Below, one piece after another: positions 39,057 to 48,496 of a DNA stretch of 55,637 nucleotides (its first letter is position 1; each line of letters starts with the position of its first letter). Below the pieces are notes generated by a model that was not told the origin of the DNA, did not search any database, and saw nothing but the letters and a program-made list of their open reading frames with translations. This DNA is from Bacteroidia bacterium. GTDB taxonomy: Bacteria; Bacteroidota; Bacteroidia; NS11-12g; UBA955. A program made the translations under genes and the position numbers. The stretch lies in the NCBI GenBank assembly GCA_023268875.1, contig JALRKL010000009.1, forward strand, positions 1-55,637. Direction: 5' to 3'.

Positions 39057-40982
39057 ATGAGCAAAATAATTGGAATTGACTTAGGTACTACGAACAGCTG
39101 TGTGGCCGTATTAGAAGGAAACGAGCCCGTGGTAATCGCCAACAGTGAAGGTCGTAGAACTACCCCTTCTATTGTAGCATTTTTGGACAATGGAAATGGA
39201 GAACGTAAAGTAGGAGATCCTGCAAAGCGTCAAGCCATTACAAATCCACAACACACGATTAACTCTATCAAACGTTTTATGGGTGAGAGTTACAGTTCTA
39301 TGAGCGCCGAAGCAGGTCGTGTACCTTATGAGGTGGTAAAGGGCGATAACGATACTCCTCGAGTGAAAATTGGCGATCGCCAATATACCCCACAGGAAAT
39401 CAGTGCTATGGTTCTTCAAAAAATGAAGAAAACAGCCGAGGATTACTTGGGTCAAGAAGTTTCTAGAGCGGTAATTACCGTTCCTGCTTACTTCAACGAT
39501 GCGCAGCGTCAAGCCACAAAAGAAGCCGGTGAAATTGCGGGTTTAAAAGTGGAGCGTATCATCAACGAACCTACAGCGGCAGCTTTGGCATATGGCTTGG
39601 ATAAAACCAATCGCGATATCAAGATTGCAGTATACGATTTAGGTGGCGGAACATTTGATATCTCGATTCTTGAATTAGGCGATGGCGTTTTTGAGGTTAA
39701 ATCAACTAACGGTGATACCCATTTAGGTGGTGATGATTTTGATCAGGTAATCATCGATTGGATGGCCGATGAGTTTAAATCAGAAGAGAATATTGATTTG
39801 CGCAAAGATCCTATGGCTTTACAGCGTTTAAAGGAGGCTGCGGAGAAAGCTAAAATTGAACTTTCAAGCAGTACAGAAACCGATATTAATTTGCCATACA
39901 TCACAGCTGTCGATGGTGTACCTAAACACTTGGTACGGAAATTGACACGTGCGAAATTTGAGCAATTGGCCGAGCGTTTAATAAAAGGAACTTTAGAGCC
40001 GTGTAAAAATGCATTGAAAGATGCAGGAATGACCGCGAGTGATATCGATGAGGTTATCCTAGTTGGTGGTTCTACTCGTATACCGGCTATTCAAGATTTA
40101 GTAAAAGAATTTTTTGGGAAAGCTCCTTCTAAGGGCGTTAACCCCGACGAGGTAGTAGCTGTTGGAGCTGCTATTCAGGGTGGAGTACTAACAGGAGAGG
40201 TAAAAGATGTATTGCTTCTTGATGTTACTCCATTGAGCTTGGGTATCGAAACTATGGGTGGTGTAATGACTAAAATGATTGAGTCAAATACCACGATTCC
40301 TACGAAGAAAACCGAAACTTTCAGCACCGCTGCAGATAATCAGCCCTCTGTTGAAATTCACGTTCTACAAGGGGAAAGATCCATGGCCGCTGATAATAAA
40401 ACAATCGGTCGTTTCATATTAGATGGAATTCCTCCATCACCTCGTGGGGTTCCACAAATCGAGGTTTCCTTTGATATCGATGCAAACGGAATTTTGAATG
40501 TATATGCGAAAGATAAGGCTACAGGTAAAGAGCAAAAAATACGCATTGAAGCAAGTTCTGGTTTGAGCAAGGAAGATATCGAACGTATGAAGCAAGAAGC
40601 AGAAGCGAATGCCGATGCCGATAAGAAGCGCAAAGAGGAAATCGAGCAAGTTAATGCCGCCGATTCATTGGTTTTCCAAACGGATAAGCAGTTGAAAGAG
40701 TATGGTGATAAGATCCCAGCCGAGAAAAAAGAACCTATCGAAGAGGCTTTAGGCAAATTGAAAGAAGCGGTGGCGTCTAAAAATTTAGAGGATATCAAAA
40801 CCCATACCGAAACCTTGAATACAGCTTGGCAGGCGGCTAGTGAAGACCTTTACAAGGCAACACAAGGCGATGCGAATGCAGCAGGCGATGCAGGTGCCCA
40901 AGCGGGTGGCGCTGGAAGTTCCGGTAATACCGGTGGCGCAGCTGATGAGGTTCAAGACGTTGATTTTGAAGAAGTAAAGTAA
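39057..40982 (+). CDS. dnaK: Molecular chaperone DnaK (Hsp70)
   Basis: 641 aa with [17 protein letters not shown] and [11 protein letters not shown], plus a Gly/Ala-rich C-terminus ending DFEEVK. Confidence 0.98.
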   Translation: MSKIIGIDLGTTNSCVAVLEGNEPVVIANSEGRRTTPSIVAFLDNGNGERKVGDPAKRQAITNPQHTINSIKRFMGESYSSMSAEAGRVPYEVVKGDNDTPRVKIGDRQYTPQEISAMVLQKMKKTAEDYLGQEVSRAVITVPAYFNDAQRQATKEAGEIAGLKVERIINEPTAAALAYGLDKTNRDIKIAVYDLGGGTFDISILELGDGVFEVKSTNGDTHLGGDDFDQVIIDWMADEFKSEENIDLRKDPMALQRLKEAAEKAKIELSSSTETDINLPYITAVDGVPKHLVRKLTRAKFEQLAERLIKGTLEPCKNALKDAGMTASDIDEVILVGGSTRIPAIQDLVKEFFGKAPSKGVNPDEVVAVGAAIQGGVLTGEVKDVLLLDVTPLSLGIETMGGVMTKMIESNTTIPTKKTETFSTAADNQPSVEIHVLQGERSMAADNKTIGRFILDGIPPSPRGVPQIEVSFDIDANGILNVYAKDKATGKEQKIRIEASSGLSKEDIERMKQEAEANADADKKRKEEIEQVNAADSLVFQTDKQLKEYGDKIPAEKKEPIEEALGKLKEAVASKNLEDIKTHTETLNTAWQAASEDLYKATQGDANAAGDAGAQAGGAGSSGNTGGAADEVQDVDFEEVK

Positions 40983-41002
40983 GTTTAACAGGTAAATAGT
41001 GT

Positions 41003-41039
41003 AGGGGCCGCTCCATGGAATTGGAGTGGCCTCTTTTTT
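41003..41039 (+). terminator. Rho-independent terminator after dnaK
   Basis: Stem GGCCGCTCCA / TGGAGTGGCC (one G-U pair) followed by TCTTTTTT. Confidence 0.8.
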
Positions 41040-41089
41040 GATTCTTATGTCTATTAAAAATTATTAAGACGTAAATTCGTTCTAATATT

Positions 41090-41743
41090 ATGCATATTCC
41101 GCGCTACCTATACCTATATACACTAGCCATTTGGGCTTTGGTTGCTTGTGATTCTAATAAAAAAATTAGTACAAATGCAGCCGCTGCCGATACGTTACAG
41201 CAAAGCACGAGAGGCAAGGGAACTTCCCCCGAGGAAAATATTGATTTATCGGAGGGAAGCCTGGGAACGCCGTCGGATAACATGGAGCAACGCGCTCGTG
41301 ATGGATTTGAAAAGGCCGCAAAAGCGTTTATGGATTGTTATCGGGAGGCGCGATTTGCTGAGTTTGTACAATACATGCACCCGACCGTAGTAAAAGTATA
41401 CGGCGGGGATCTTGCGTTTATCGATCAGTTAAAAAAGTCAAAAGCACAGGATAAGCAACGCTACCGCAAATGGGAATCGGGACCTTTGGAGGCATTTACC
41501 GCAGTTCGGGACCCAAAGGGTTTGGTAACGGGATACTATTGCGTGGTTCCAATCAAGCGTTGGTTGGAGGGCTCATCAGAGTCTGAATATCAGCTTCAAT
41601 GGCTCGGGGGACAATCTCTAGACGGGGAGAAATTTCACTTTGTAGACATCACCGATGGCGATAAGGGCATGATTTATAGAATCATGCCCGATATGCGTTA
41701 TTTACTGGAAAATCTCGGTGATGAGGAAGTCCCAGAGGGTTAA
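41090..41743 (+). CDS. Hypothetical lipoprotein
   Basis: 217 aa with the lipobox LVAC in MHIPRYLYLYTLAIWALVACDSN. No family recognised. Confidence 0.5.
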   Translation: MHIPRYLYLYTLAIWALVACDSNKKISTNAAAADTLQQSTRGKGTSPEENIDLSEGSLGTPSDNMEQRARDGFEKAAKAFMDCYREARFAEFVQYMHPTVVKVYGGDLAFIDQLKKSKAQDKQRYRKWESGPLEAFTAVRDPKGLVTGYYCVVPIKRWLEGSSESEYQLQWLGGQSLDGEKFHFVDITDGDKGMIYRIMPDMRYLLENLGDEEVPEG

Positions 41744-42400
41744 TTATTTGTTGGCTTTAGCGTGGTCGGCTAAAAATTGAGCTAATCCAATATCGGTTAG
41801 GGGGTGATTCAATAATCCTAGGATGGCGTTCAACGGACAGGTTACCACATCGGCACCAAATTGAGCAGCCTTAACAATATGTAATGGATTTCGAACGCTT
41901 GCGGCTAAAATTTGAGTCTCATAACCTTGCACGGCGTAGATTTCAGCAATTTGTTTGATGAGTTCCATACCATCCCAATTGATATCGTCTAATCGACCAA
42001 TAAAAGGCGAAAGGTATGTGGCTCCAGCCTTAGCGGCTAAGATGGCTTGTCCTGGAGAAAATACCAAAGTGCAATTGGTGCGTATACCTTGATTGGTGAA
42101 ATGGGCTATGGCTTTGATACCGTCTTTAATCATAGGTACTTTAACAACGATATTTTCGTGCAGGGCCGCTAATTTTTCACCTTCTTCAACCATTCCTTTG
42201 AAGTCGGTAGAAATTACTTCGGCGCTAACATCGCCATCAACGATATTGCAAATATCTACATAATGTTTAAGTACGGCTTCGGCGCCGGTAATGCCTTCTT
42301 TGGCCATTAAAGAAGGGTTGGTTGTAACCCCATCTAGGATTCCAAGGTCGTGTGCTTCACGGATTTGATCAAGGTTGGCCGTGTCAATGAAAAATTTCAT
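41744..42400 (-). CDS. fsa: Fructose-6-phosphate aldolase / type 3B transaldolase
   Basis: 218 aa, [31 protein letters not shown]...VKVP...SPFIGR. Confidence 0.9.
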   Translation of the reverse strand: MKFFIDTANLDQIREAHDLGILDGVTTNPSLMAKEGITGAEAVLKHYVDICNIVDGDVSAEVISTDFKGMVEEGEKLAALHENIVVKVPMIKDGIKAIAHFTNQGIRTNCTLVFSPGQAILAAKAGATYLSPFIGRLDDINWDGMELIKQIAEIYAVQGYETQILAASVRNPLHIVKAAQFGADVVTCPLNAILGLLNHPLTDIGLAQFLADHAKANK

Positions 42401-42404
42401 GCTA

Positions 42405-42412
42405 CAAAAATA
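42405..42412 (-). promoter_or_regulatory. -7 promoter box (TATTTTTG)
   Basis: Matches TAnnTTTG, 4 nt before the fsa ATG (42400). Confidence 0.6.
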
Positions 42413-42518
42413 CCACCACTTTCACGCTTCTAATAAAAAGTATTTCACATTTTTACCCCCAAAACGGATATTTTACTCGGAAATATTTATGGTTTTGTTG
42501 GATATTTGTCTTTAATGC

Positions 42519-42977
42519 ATGAACAAAAAGCGATTTTTGTGGTTATACAATGCAAACAATATTTTGTCAAGACGCGTAGCAGTATATAGAACCGCACACT
42601 TTAATGCAGCACATCGCTTGCATGTGCCTCAATGGACGGAAGCCGAAAATCAAGCCTTTTTTGGTTTGTGCAACAACCAAAATTATCACGGACACAACTA
42701 TGAAATAGTGGTGCGTGTTGAAGGGGAGGTTGATGAGGTTAGTGGTTACCTTATCGATATGAAAGTGTTAAAGCAATTTATAGAGGAAGAGGTAACAGAC
42801 GCGTTTGATCATAAAAACCTAAATTTAGACGTTCCGGAATTTAAAGAACTCAATCCAACAGCGGAAAATATTGTTTGGGTAATTTGGAAAAAGTTAAAAA
42901 ATCGTTTGGACGCTTCGTACGATTTAAGTGTGCGTTTGTACGAGACGCCCCGTAATTTTGTAGAATTTAATGGATAA
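42519..42977 (+). CDS. 6-pyruvoyl-tetrahydropterin synthase (animal-like PTPS; QueD superfamily)
   Basis: HFNAAHRL, FGLCNNQNYHGHNY, FDHKNLNLDVPEF and VRLYETPRNFVEF closely track the human PTS protein as I recall it (FGKCNNPNGHGHNY, LDHKNLDMDVPYF, VKVYETDNNIVVY). The N-terminal 17 aa and the exact start are uncertain. Confidence 0.85.
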   Translation: MNKKRFLWLYNANNILSRRVAVYRTAHFNAAHRLHVPQWTEAENQAFFGLCNNQNYHGHNYEIVVRVEGEVDEVSGYLIDMKVLKQFIEEEVTDAFDHKNLNLDVPEFKELNPTAENIVWVIWKKLKNRLDASYDLSVRLYETPRNFVEFNG

Positions 42978-43650
42978 TAAACTAAAAATACTCTCTAATT
43001 GGGAGGAGATGGGCGACTCTCATGTCGGTAGTTCTAAGGAAACACCGCTTCGCGAAGACGCATTTGAAATGGATGATCAGTTAAAAATCGAACTGATAGC
43101 CAAACATTTCAAAGAGATTATGCATGTATTGGGATTGGATTTAACCGATGAGAGTTTGAAAGGAACACCTTTGCGTGTTGCGAAAATGTTTATTAATGAG
43201 CATTTCAAAGGTTTAGATCCAAAAAATAAACCCCAACCAACCCTTTTCGAAAATAATTTTCAATATGAAGAGATGTTGGTAGAGAAGGACATTGATTTTT
43301 ACAGTACTTGCGAGCACCATTTTGTTCCAATTTTTGGAAAGGCGCACGTTTCGTATATAAGCAGCGGCCAAGTAATCGGTTTGTCTAAACTTAACAGAAT
43401 TGTAGATTACTATTCTAAAAGACCACAAGTTCAGGAGCGATTAACGATACAAATTGCGGAGGAACTTAAGTCGGTTTTAAAAACGGAAGATGTGGCTGTG
43501 GTAATGGATGCCAAACACTTATGTGTTGCTAGCAGAGGAATAAAGGATACGAGTAGTTCGACTATTACGGCAAGTTATCACGGCAAATTCAAGGAAAGCG
43601 AAACACGTGCAGAATTCTTGAAATACGTGGGTATGTCAGAAGGGAAATAA
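42970..43650 (+). CDS. folE: GTP cyclohydrolase I (type 1)
   Basis: 226 aa with GTPLRVAKM, the zinc site FYSTCEHHFVPIFGKAHVSY and QERLT. Its ATG overlaps the PTPS stop by 8 nt. Confidence 0.93.
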   Translation: MDNKLKILSNWEEMGDSHVGSSKETPLREDAFEMDDQLKIELIAKHFKEIMHVLGLDLTDESLKGTPLRVAKMFINEHFKGLDPKNKPQPTLFENNFQYEEMLVEKDIDFYSTCEHHFVPIFGKAHVSYISSGQVIGLSKLNRIVDYYSKRPQVQERLTIQIAEELKSVLKTEDVAVVMDAKHLCVASRGIKDTSSSTITASYHGKFKESETRAEFLKYVGMSEGK

Positions 43651-43698
43651 ATTTCGAAATAGGAGTAGATTTAATTTGTGGAATATCACACAAAATAC

Positions 43699-43706
43699 TA
43701 CTTTTG
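43699..43706 (+). promoter_or_regulatory. -7 promoter box (TACTTTTG) for tRNA-His
   Basis: Matches TAnnTTTG, 13 nt upstream of the tRNA 5' end. Confidence 0.55.
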
Positions 43707-43719
43707 CAACCCAATATAC

Positions 43720-43794
43720 GGCGGTCGTAGCTCAGTCGGTTAGAGCGCCAGTTTGTGGCACTGGAGGTCGCCGGTTCGATTCCGGTCGGTCGCC
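43720..43794 (+). tRNA. tRNA-His (anticodon GTG) with genomically encoded G-1; no encoded CCA
   Basis: Hand-folded cloverleaf. The acceptor is GCGGTCG/CGGTCGC (two G-U pairs) with G-1 opposite C73. The D arm is GCTC-AGTCGGTTA-GAGC. The anticodon arm is CCAGT-TTGTGGC-ACTGG. The T arm is GCCGG-TTCGATT-CCGGT. Confidence 0.93.
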
Positions 43795-43799
43795 CGCTT

Positions 43800-43830
43800 A
43801 AAAAGCCATCCGAAAGGATGGCTTTTTGTT
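43800..43830 (+). terminator. Rho-independent terminator after tRNA-His
   Basis: Stem AGCCATCC / GGATGGCT with a GAAA tetraloop, flanked by an A-run and TTTTTG. Confidence 0.8.
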
Positions 43831-43849
43831 TAGGTGCAGATATCCTGCC

Positions 43850-43857
43850 TATATTTG
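43850..43857 (+). promoter_or_regulatory. -7 promoter box (TATATTTG)
   Basis: Matches TAnnTTTG, 4 nt before ATG 43862. Confidence 0.6.
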
Positions 43858-43861
43858 TATA

Positions 43862-45175
43862 ATGCGAGTCCTTTGGCTAGCCGGTTGGTATCCACATACG
43901 AGAAACCCCCTCGGGGGTAATTTTGTGAGGCGGCATTTTAGAGCAGTGTTAGACAGTCGGTTTGTCGATAAATCGGTTTCTGCTGAAGGCCGCTCGGATA
44001 CGTTTGGGTCCGATTTGGAAACCCGGATTCCAAGCCAGTGGGAATTAGATACAATAGAGTTATATCATTTTGCAACGTATTATTTTGGCGACAAGAAACC
44101 GGATGTGTTGGATTCTACAAAATTACGAACAGGTGAGAATTTAAATCTGAAAAAGGCCGAAATTGGAAATAGGACGATTGATAATAAGGGAATAGAATCA
44201 GAACATATTATTCCGGTTATGCAATTCAAAGGACCTGTTCGATTTTTAAATTTGGTCTTATATTACAAAAAAGTATTCTCGGTTTTAAATGGATTGATGC
44301 GCATGAAATGGGACATTGTTCATGTACATGCAGCAGATAAAGTGGGATTCGCAATTTCTGTATTTAAGCCATTCCATCGGTTTCGGCTTTGGTTAACCGA
44401 ACATTGGGCAATTTTTGGCCAGGATGTTCCGGATGCATACGAAAAAAGGGGCTGGTGGTTTCGATTTTCTTATCGTTACATGTGGAATCGTATTGATATG
44501 TCCGTTGCTATCTCATCCAAATTGCATAGTTCCATGTGCGCTATTTTAAATCGTGACGTGCCTTCGATTTCTTTACAGAATGTATTAGATAGGGATTTTG
44601 TAGCTGAAATCGAAAAACAAATAAGTCGACAATATTCTTCTTCTGGGTTGCGATTTTTACATGTGAGTAACGGTGAGAAACGCAAAAATGTATCCGATTT
44701 GGTAAAAGCATTTGAAGTCTTTAGGAAATCACATCCGAACACAGAATTGATTTTGATTGGCTCCGATTCACATGCCCAATACGCAGGTGTGCAGGGAGTA
44801 AAGGCCTTAGGTGGGCTTCCCCCAAAAAAATTAGCGGAATATTATCAAAATGCGAATGCCTTGGTTTTGGTGAGTGATGCTGAAAATGCGCCGTGTGTGA
44901 TATTAGAAGCATTGTGTTTTGGACTGCCAGTTATCGTAACTCAAGTTGGAGGTGTGTCGGAGATGTGTTCCGAAGAAAATTCTATACAAATTCCACCATT
45001 TCAGACACATGAGGAAAAGGCGGAAAAGATATACGATGCGCTTTTGGCATTTACTGTAAAAAATCCAACCTTTGATTCCGTGCTCATTCAGCGACAAGCC
45101 TTAGAAAAATTCCATCCACACCCGGTTGGATTGGGCTTGAGAATGGCGTATTCGAATCAAATATGTGTGGAATAG
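43862..45175 (+). CDS. GT4-family (GT-B fold) glycosyltransferase
   Basis: MRVLWLAGWYPH... at the N-terminus and the GT-B signature SDAENAPCVILEALCFGLPVIVTQVGGVSE at the C-terminus. The start is moved from 43826, which lies inside the tRNA terminator. Confidence 0.8.
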   Translation: MRVLWLAGWYPHTRNPLGGNFVRRHFRAVLDSRFVDKSVSAEGRSDTFGSDLETRIPSQWELDTIELYHFATYYFGDKKPDVLDSTKLRTGENLNLKKAEIGNRTIDNKGIESEHIIPVMQFKGPVRFLNLVLYYKKVFSVLNGLMRMKWDIVHVHAADKVGFAISVFKPFHRFRLWLTEHWAIFGQDVPDAYEKRGWWFRFSYRYMWNRIDMSVAISSKLHSSMCAILNRDVPSISLQNVLDRDFVAEIEKQISRQYSSSGLRFLHVSNGEKRKNVSDLVKAFEVFRKSHPNTELILIGSDSHAQYAGVQGVKALGGLPPKKLAEYYQNANALVLVSDAENAPCVILEALCFGLPVIVTQVGGVSEMCSEENSIQIPPFQTHEEKAEKIYDALLAFTVKNPTFDSVLIQRQALEKFHPHPVGLGLRMAYSNQICVE

Positions 45176-47085
45176 CGGGAATATCGACCCTCTTTGAAAA
45201 GGATGTAAACTTTTGGAAAAAGTGGATATATACCTTTTCTGAAGACATTCAGCATAGGGGGAAGGATGATGCGGGTATTCTGTTGATGTTGCGTCATGCC
45301 GACCCACTGCCCGTATTATGGGGAAAGGAGTCGTATAACGAAGATTTACAATTTATTCCCACACAGCCTTTATTGGGCAGTCTGAGTGAGGCCGTTAATG
45401 GAATGTTGCTACACCAACGGCTATCGATTATCGCACCGGGCGACCGATCGCACCAGCCAATGTGCGATGCTAGCGGTCGTTATTGGATAACATTTAATGG
45501 GGAGATATTTAACTATATTGAGTTGCGCCATCAGCACCGACTCAATACCGTAACGGATTCCGACACCGAGGTGTTACTCGAGTTATGGGCAAAAATGGAA
45601 GATAAGTGCTTGCCCTTACTCGACGGTTTCTTTGCTTTTAGCATTTACGACGCTCATGAGAATACCTATACCATCGTAAGAGATCGTACGGGGGTTAAGC
45701 CCTTGTTTTACGCCAAACGAGAAGATGCTTTTGTTTTCTCAAGTGAAGAAAGCAGTTTGAGGAAATTTTTAGGGGTAAAGAATGTTAGGGATGAAGCCAT
45801 TTACTTGCACGTAAAGCATGGCATGACGGATGCGGTTAACTGGTTTGAAGGAGTTGAATCATTAAAACCCGGACATTGGTTACGTTGGAATCCCAATCTA
45901 AGAAGCATTATACACCGGCGTTGGTTTTATCCATCCAGCTTATTGAATATTCGTGATGAAAACCCGCTGGAGTCGCTGTTGATTGAGAGTATGAAACGGA
46001 GGCTACGTGCTGACGTTCCTATTGGATTTGCTTTAAGTGGCGGACTCGATAGTGCGGTGGTTTTGGGCTTAGCGAGACACATTTTGGGAGACAAAGAAGA
46101 TTTTCATTTATTTTCTATCGTTTCTCAAAATGAACCCGAAGACGAGCGCAAATGGCAAGAGGCGGTTCACAAACATAATGGTGGCTTGGTTCATAGAGTG
46201 GATACCAGTTCGTTTAAAACTTCCCATATAGAAGATGTGGTACTTCAGTCAGGACGCCCTCCTGTTGCTTGGAATAATATCGCTCATTTCCAATTATGTA
46301 AAAGCGTAAGAGATTTAGGGATTACCGTTTTGTTCAATGGACAAGGTGCCGACGAATTATACGGCGGTTACCCCGATCATTATGTTCAGGCTTGGCAGAA
46401 TGAAAAGAATGAGATTTTGCCGCATGCCGAAAATTGGCCGATTTCCTTACAGCGTCTGAAAAAAGTGGCGTGGAAGAGGAAATTAAGACAAAATATGTCT
46501 CAAGAATGGAAGCATAGAATGGATCGTTTTTTATGGGGAAATATCTTCACAAAAGAACTGATTAACAGTAATGAAATGGAATTGCACCCCCAGGTAGAGA
46601 ATGTAAAAGAGTTGATGATGGGAGAATATTATGGGGCTAATGTGAATGCTAAGTTTTATGGCCGTTTATACCAAATGTTGCAATGGGAAGATAGAAACGG
46701 AATGGCTTTTCAGTTGGAAAGTCGTAACCCGTTTGCCGATGATTTACATTTACCAGCGAACGTTTTAGGTAAAAAATATCTCTATGAATTGATGCAGGGT
46801 GGAAAGTCTAAAGGGCTTTTAAGAGAGGCAAGCAAGGCATATTTGCCGGATTGTATTTATAACAGGCGTGATAAGAAAGGATTTAGTGTGCCAGAGGCTA
46901 AATTAAGTGCCAAATGGGGAGGAGAGTGGGAAGCTTGGGTAATGAGCGCGCAGTTAGATTCCGTGATCAATCGCGATTATCGCGAAAAATTGGTTGCTAG
47001 ATTTCCGCAATTAACGTCAAAAGATTTAAGTACCTATTTCCGTATTGCGACGGTTGGACTGTTTTTAGATCGTTTAGAATCTTAA
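45163..47085 (+). CDS. Asparagine synthase (glutamine-hydrolysing)-like amidotransferase
   Basis: 640 aa with the Ntn nucleophile MCGIAG, the PP-loop FALSGGLDSAV and GQGADELYGGY. It overlaps the GT4 gene by 13 nt. Confidence 0.88.
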   Translation: MCGIAGISTLFEKDVNFWKKWIYTFSEDIQHRGKDDAGILLMLRHADPLPVLWGKESYNEDLQFIPTQPLLGSLSEAVNGMLLHQRLSIIAPGDRSHQPMCDASGRYWITFNGEIFNYIELRHQHRLNTVTDSDTEVLLELWAKMEDKCLPLLDGFFAFSIYDAHENTYTIVRDRTGVKPLFYAKREDAFVFSSEESSLRKFLGVKNVRDEAIYLHVKHGMTDAVNWFEGVESLKPGHWLRWNPNLRSIIHRRWFYPSSLLNIRDENPLESLLIESMKRRLRADVPIGFALSGGLDSAVVLGLARHILGDKEDFHLFSIVSQNEPEDERKWQEAVHKHNGGLVHRVDTSSFKTSHIEDVVLQSGRPPVAWNNIAHFQLCKSVRDLGITVLFNGQGADELYGGYPDHYVQAWQNEKNEILPHAENWPISLQRLKKVAWKRKLRQNMSQEWKHRMDRFLWGNIFTKELINSNEMELHPQVENVKELMMGEYYGANVNAKFYGRLYQMLQWEDRNGMAFQLESRNPFADDLHLPANVLGKKYLYELMQGGKSKGLLREASKAYLPDCIYNRRDKKGFSVPEAKLSAKWGGEWEAWVMSAQLDSVINRDYREKLVARFPQLTSKDLSTYFRIATVGLFLDRLES

Positions 47086-47089
47086 TTGA

Positions 47090-48394
47090 ATGGCTAATGA
47101 TCGCCCGATAGAATCCTATATTTGGCAAATCATCAAAGCCGGGCTGTCTTTAACGGCAGTGATACTTTATTCTCAGGTATTAGGGGCTGCCGGACGCGGG
47201 AGTTTGAGTATTTATTTGCTTTACGTTCAGGTATTTTTAATGACGAATGAAATGTTCGTTGGATCGGCTTTGGCTAATTGGATTTCAAAGTTCGGACTGC
47301 GGCGTTTTCTTCCTAGAATATTTTTAGTTTCGACATTGATGTTGTTTTTAGGAGGACTTTTAGGAAGCTATTTAAATATTTTTTCTGTAGATCCAACAAA
47401 GGCTAATACCGGATTTAGTCCGATATTGGGTTTGTTATTGGCGTGGTCTTTAGTGCTGATTTTGCAAAATGTAGCCATGAATTATTTTCAAAGCCGCGGC
47501 GATATTGTAGAAAAAAACAAATGGCTCGTTGGATTTGAAGGATTGAAGGTAGTAGGATTACTGATATTGATTTTTGCTTTGGCTAAATCCGTAGTTTATA
47601 TAGATCAAATCCTAATGGTTTTGGTATTCAGTGGGATTTTGTGGGTAATTGTTTGTACGATGCGTTTGATTTCATTGGGTGCCTTCTTAATGCCAAATAC
47701 AAGCCACGAGGAATCAATAGGATATACTTGGAATGAGGGGATGTGGGCGCAAATAGGTCAAATTGTACTGTTCTTTATTTACAGGATTCCTTTGTTCGTA
47801 GCAGCCCGATGGATGGGAGATGCAGCGGCAGGTATATTGGCCAACGCGTTATTAGTAATTGATACTATTTGGATTTATGCCAATACTATGGGTACCATAA
47901 TTCACGGTCGAGCCCTGCAATTTGTTGATCCCGAGAAGCAAGAAGAAATAACCTTACGTTTTACTGTATTTAGTTTCTGGGGAACTTTAGGATTAATCGG
48001 GGCAGTAGTTTTATTGCCTAATTCTTTATTTACATGGGTTTTCGGAGCGGAATTTTATCAGATGAAATCCTTGGTTATTCAATCTGCTCCCGGAATCATT
48101 GCATTGGCTTTATTTGCTCCTTTTGGGAATTTATTTCACGCCCGAAATCAATTTAAAAAATTGCTCCAACATCATGCATTGGGATTAGGAATGATGGTTT
48201 TAATCCTAATATGGATTTATTTAAGAATAGAAAGTGTCCGTTTTACACACTTAATTTGGTCTTGGAATTTGGCTCTAAGTGTGGTAATGTTAGCCCATAT
48301 TTATGGAAGGAAATTCATAAAAAAAAGAAATCTAAATTTCATACTTAACACATTGTTAATATATAGGTTATTTAGAAAAAAGATACGCTTATAA
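47090..48394 (+). CDS. Polysaccharide biosynthesis membrane protein (Wzx/MOP-like flippase)
   Basis: 434 aa with about 12 predicted hydrophobic segments. It starts 4 nt after the AsnB-like gene. The family call rests on topology and context only. Confidence 0.65.
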   Translation: MANDRPIESYIWQIIKAGLSLTAVILYSQVLGAAGRGSLSIYLLYVQVFLMTNEMFVGSALANWISKFGLRRFLPRIFLVSTLMLFLGGLLGSYLNIFSVDPTKANTGFSPILGLLLAWSLVLILQNVAMNYFQSRGDIVEKNKWLVGFEGLKVVGLLILIFALAKSVVYIDQILMVLVFSGILWVIVCTMRLISLGAFLMPNTSHEESIGYTWNEGMWAQIGQIVLFFIYRIPLFVAARWMGDAAAGILANALLVIDTIWIYANTMGTIIHGRALQFVDPEKQEEITLRFTVFSFWGTLGLIGAVVLLPNSLFTWVFGAEFYQMKSLVIQSAPGIIALALFAPFGNLFHARNQFKKLLQHHALGLGMMVLILIWIYLRIESVRFTHLIWSWNLALSVVMLAHIYGRKFIKKRNLNFILNTLLIYRLFRKKIRL

Positions 48395-48459
48395 CTAGTG
48401 GGGTGCACAACTTTTTGAACGGAAGGACAAAATAGTTTTTTATACAATAAGCATTCCAC

Positions 48460-48467
48460 TAAATTTG
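48460..48467 (+). promoter_or_regulatory. -7 promoter box (TAAATTTG) for gdh
   Basis: Matches TAnnTTTG, 29 nt upstream of ATG 48497. Confidence 0.5.
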
Positions 48468-48496
48468 TCCCGTAAATTACAAAGAGATACATTTTT

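Noticed and set aside
42401-42518. Looked for riboswitches or leaders: preQ1/THF upstream of PTPS-folE, cobalamin/SAM upstream of 51155-metH-N (50958-51142), and a ribosomal leader upstream of rpsP (15170-15226).
   Set aside because: I recognised no B12-box, SAM, preQ1 or THF consensus elements. Only small generic hairpins are present. An Infernal/Rfam scan would be needed to exclude them formally.
43720-48394. Considered the tRNA-His-flanked cassette as a classical integrative genomic island.
   Set aside because: There is no integrase or excisionase, and I found no direct repeat of the tRNA 3' end downstream. It is kept only as a low-confidence possibility within the cassette finding.
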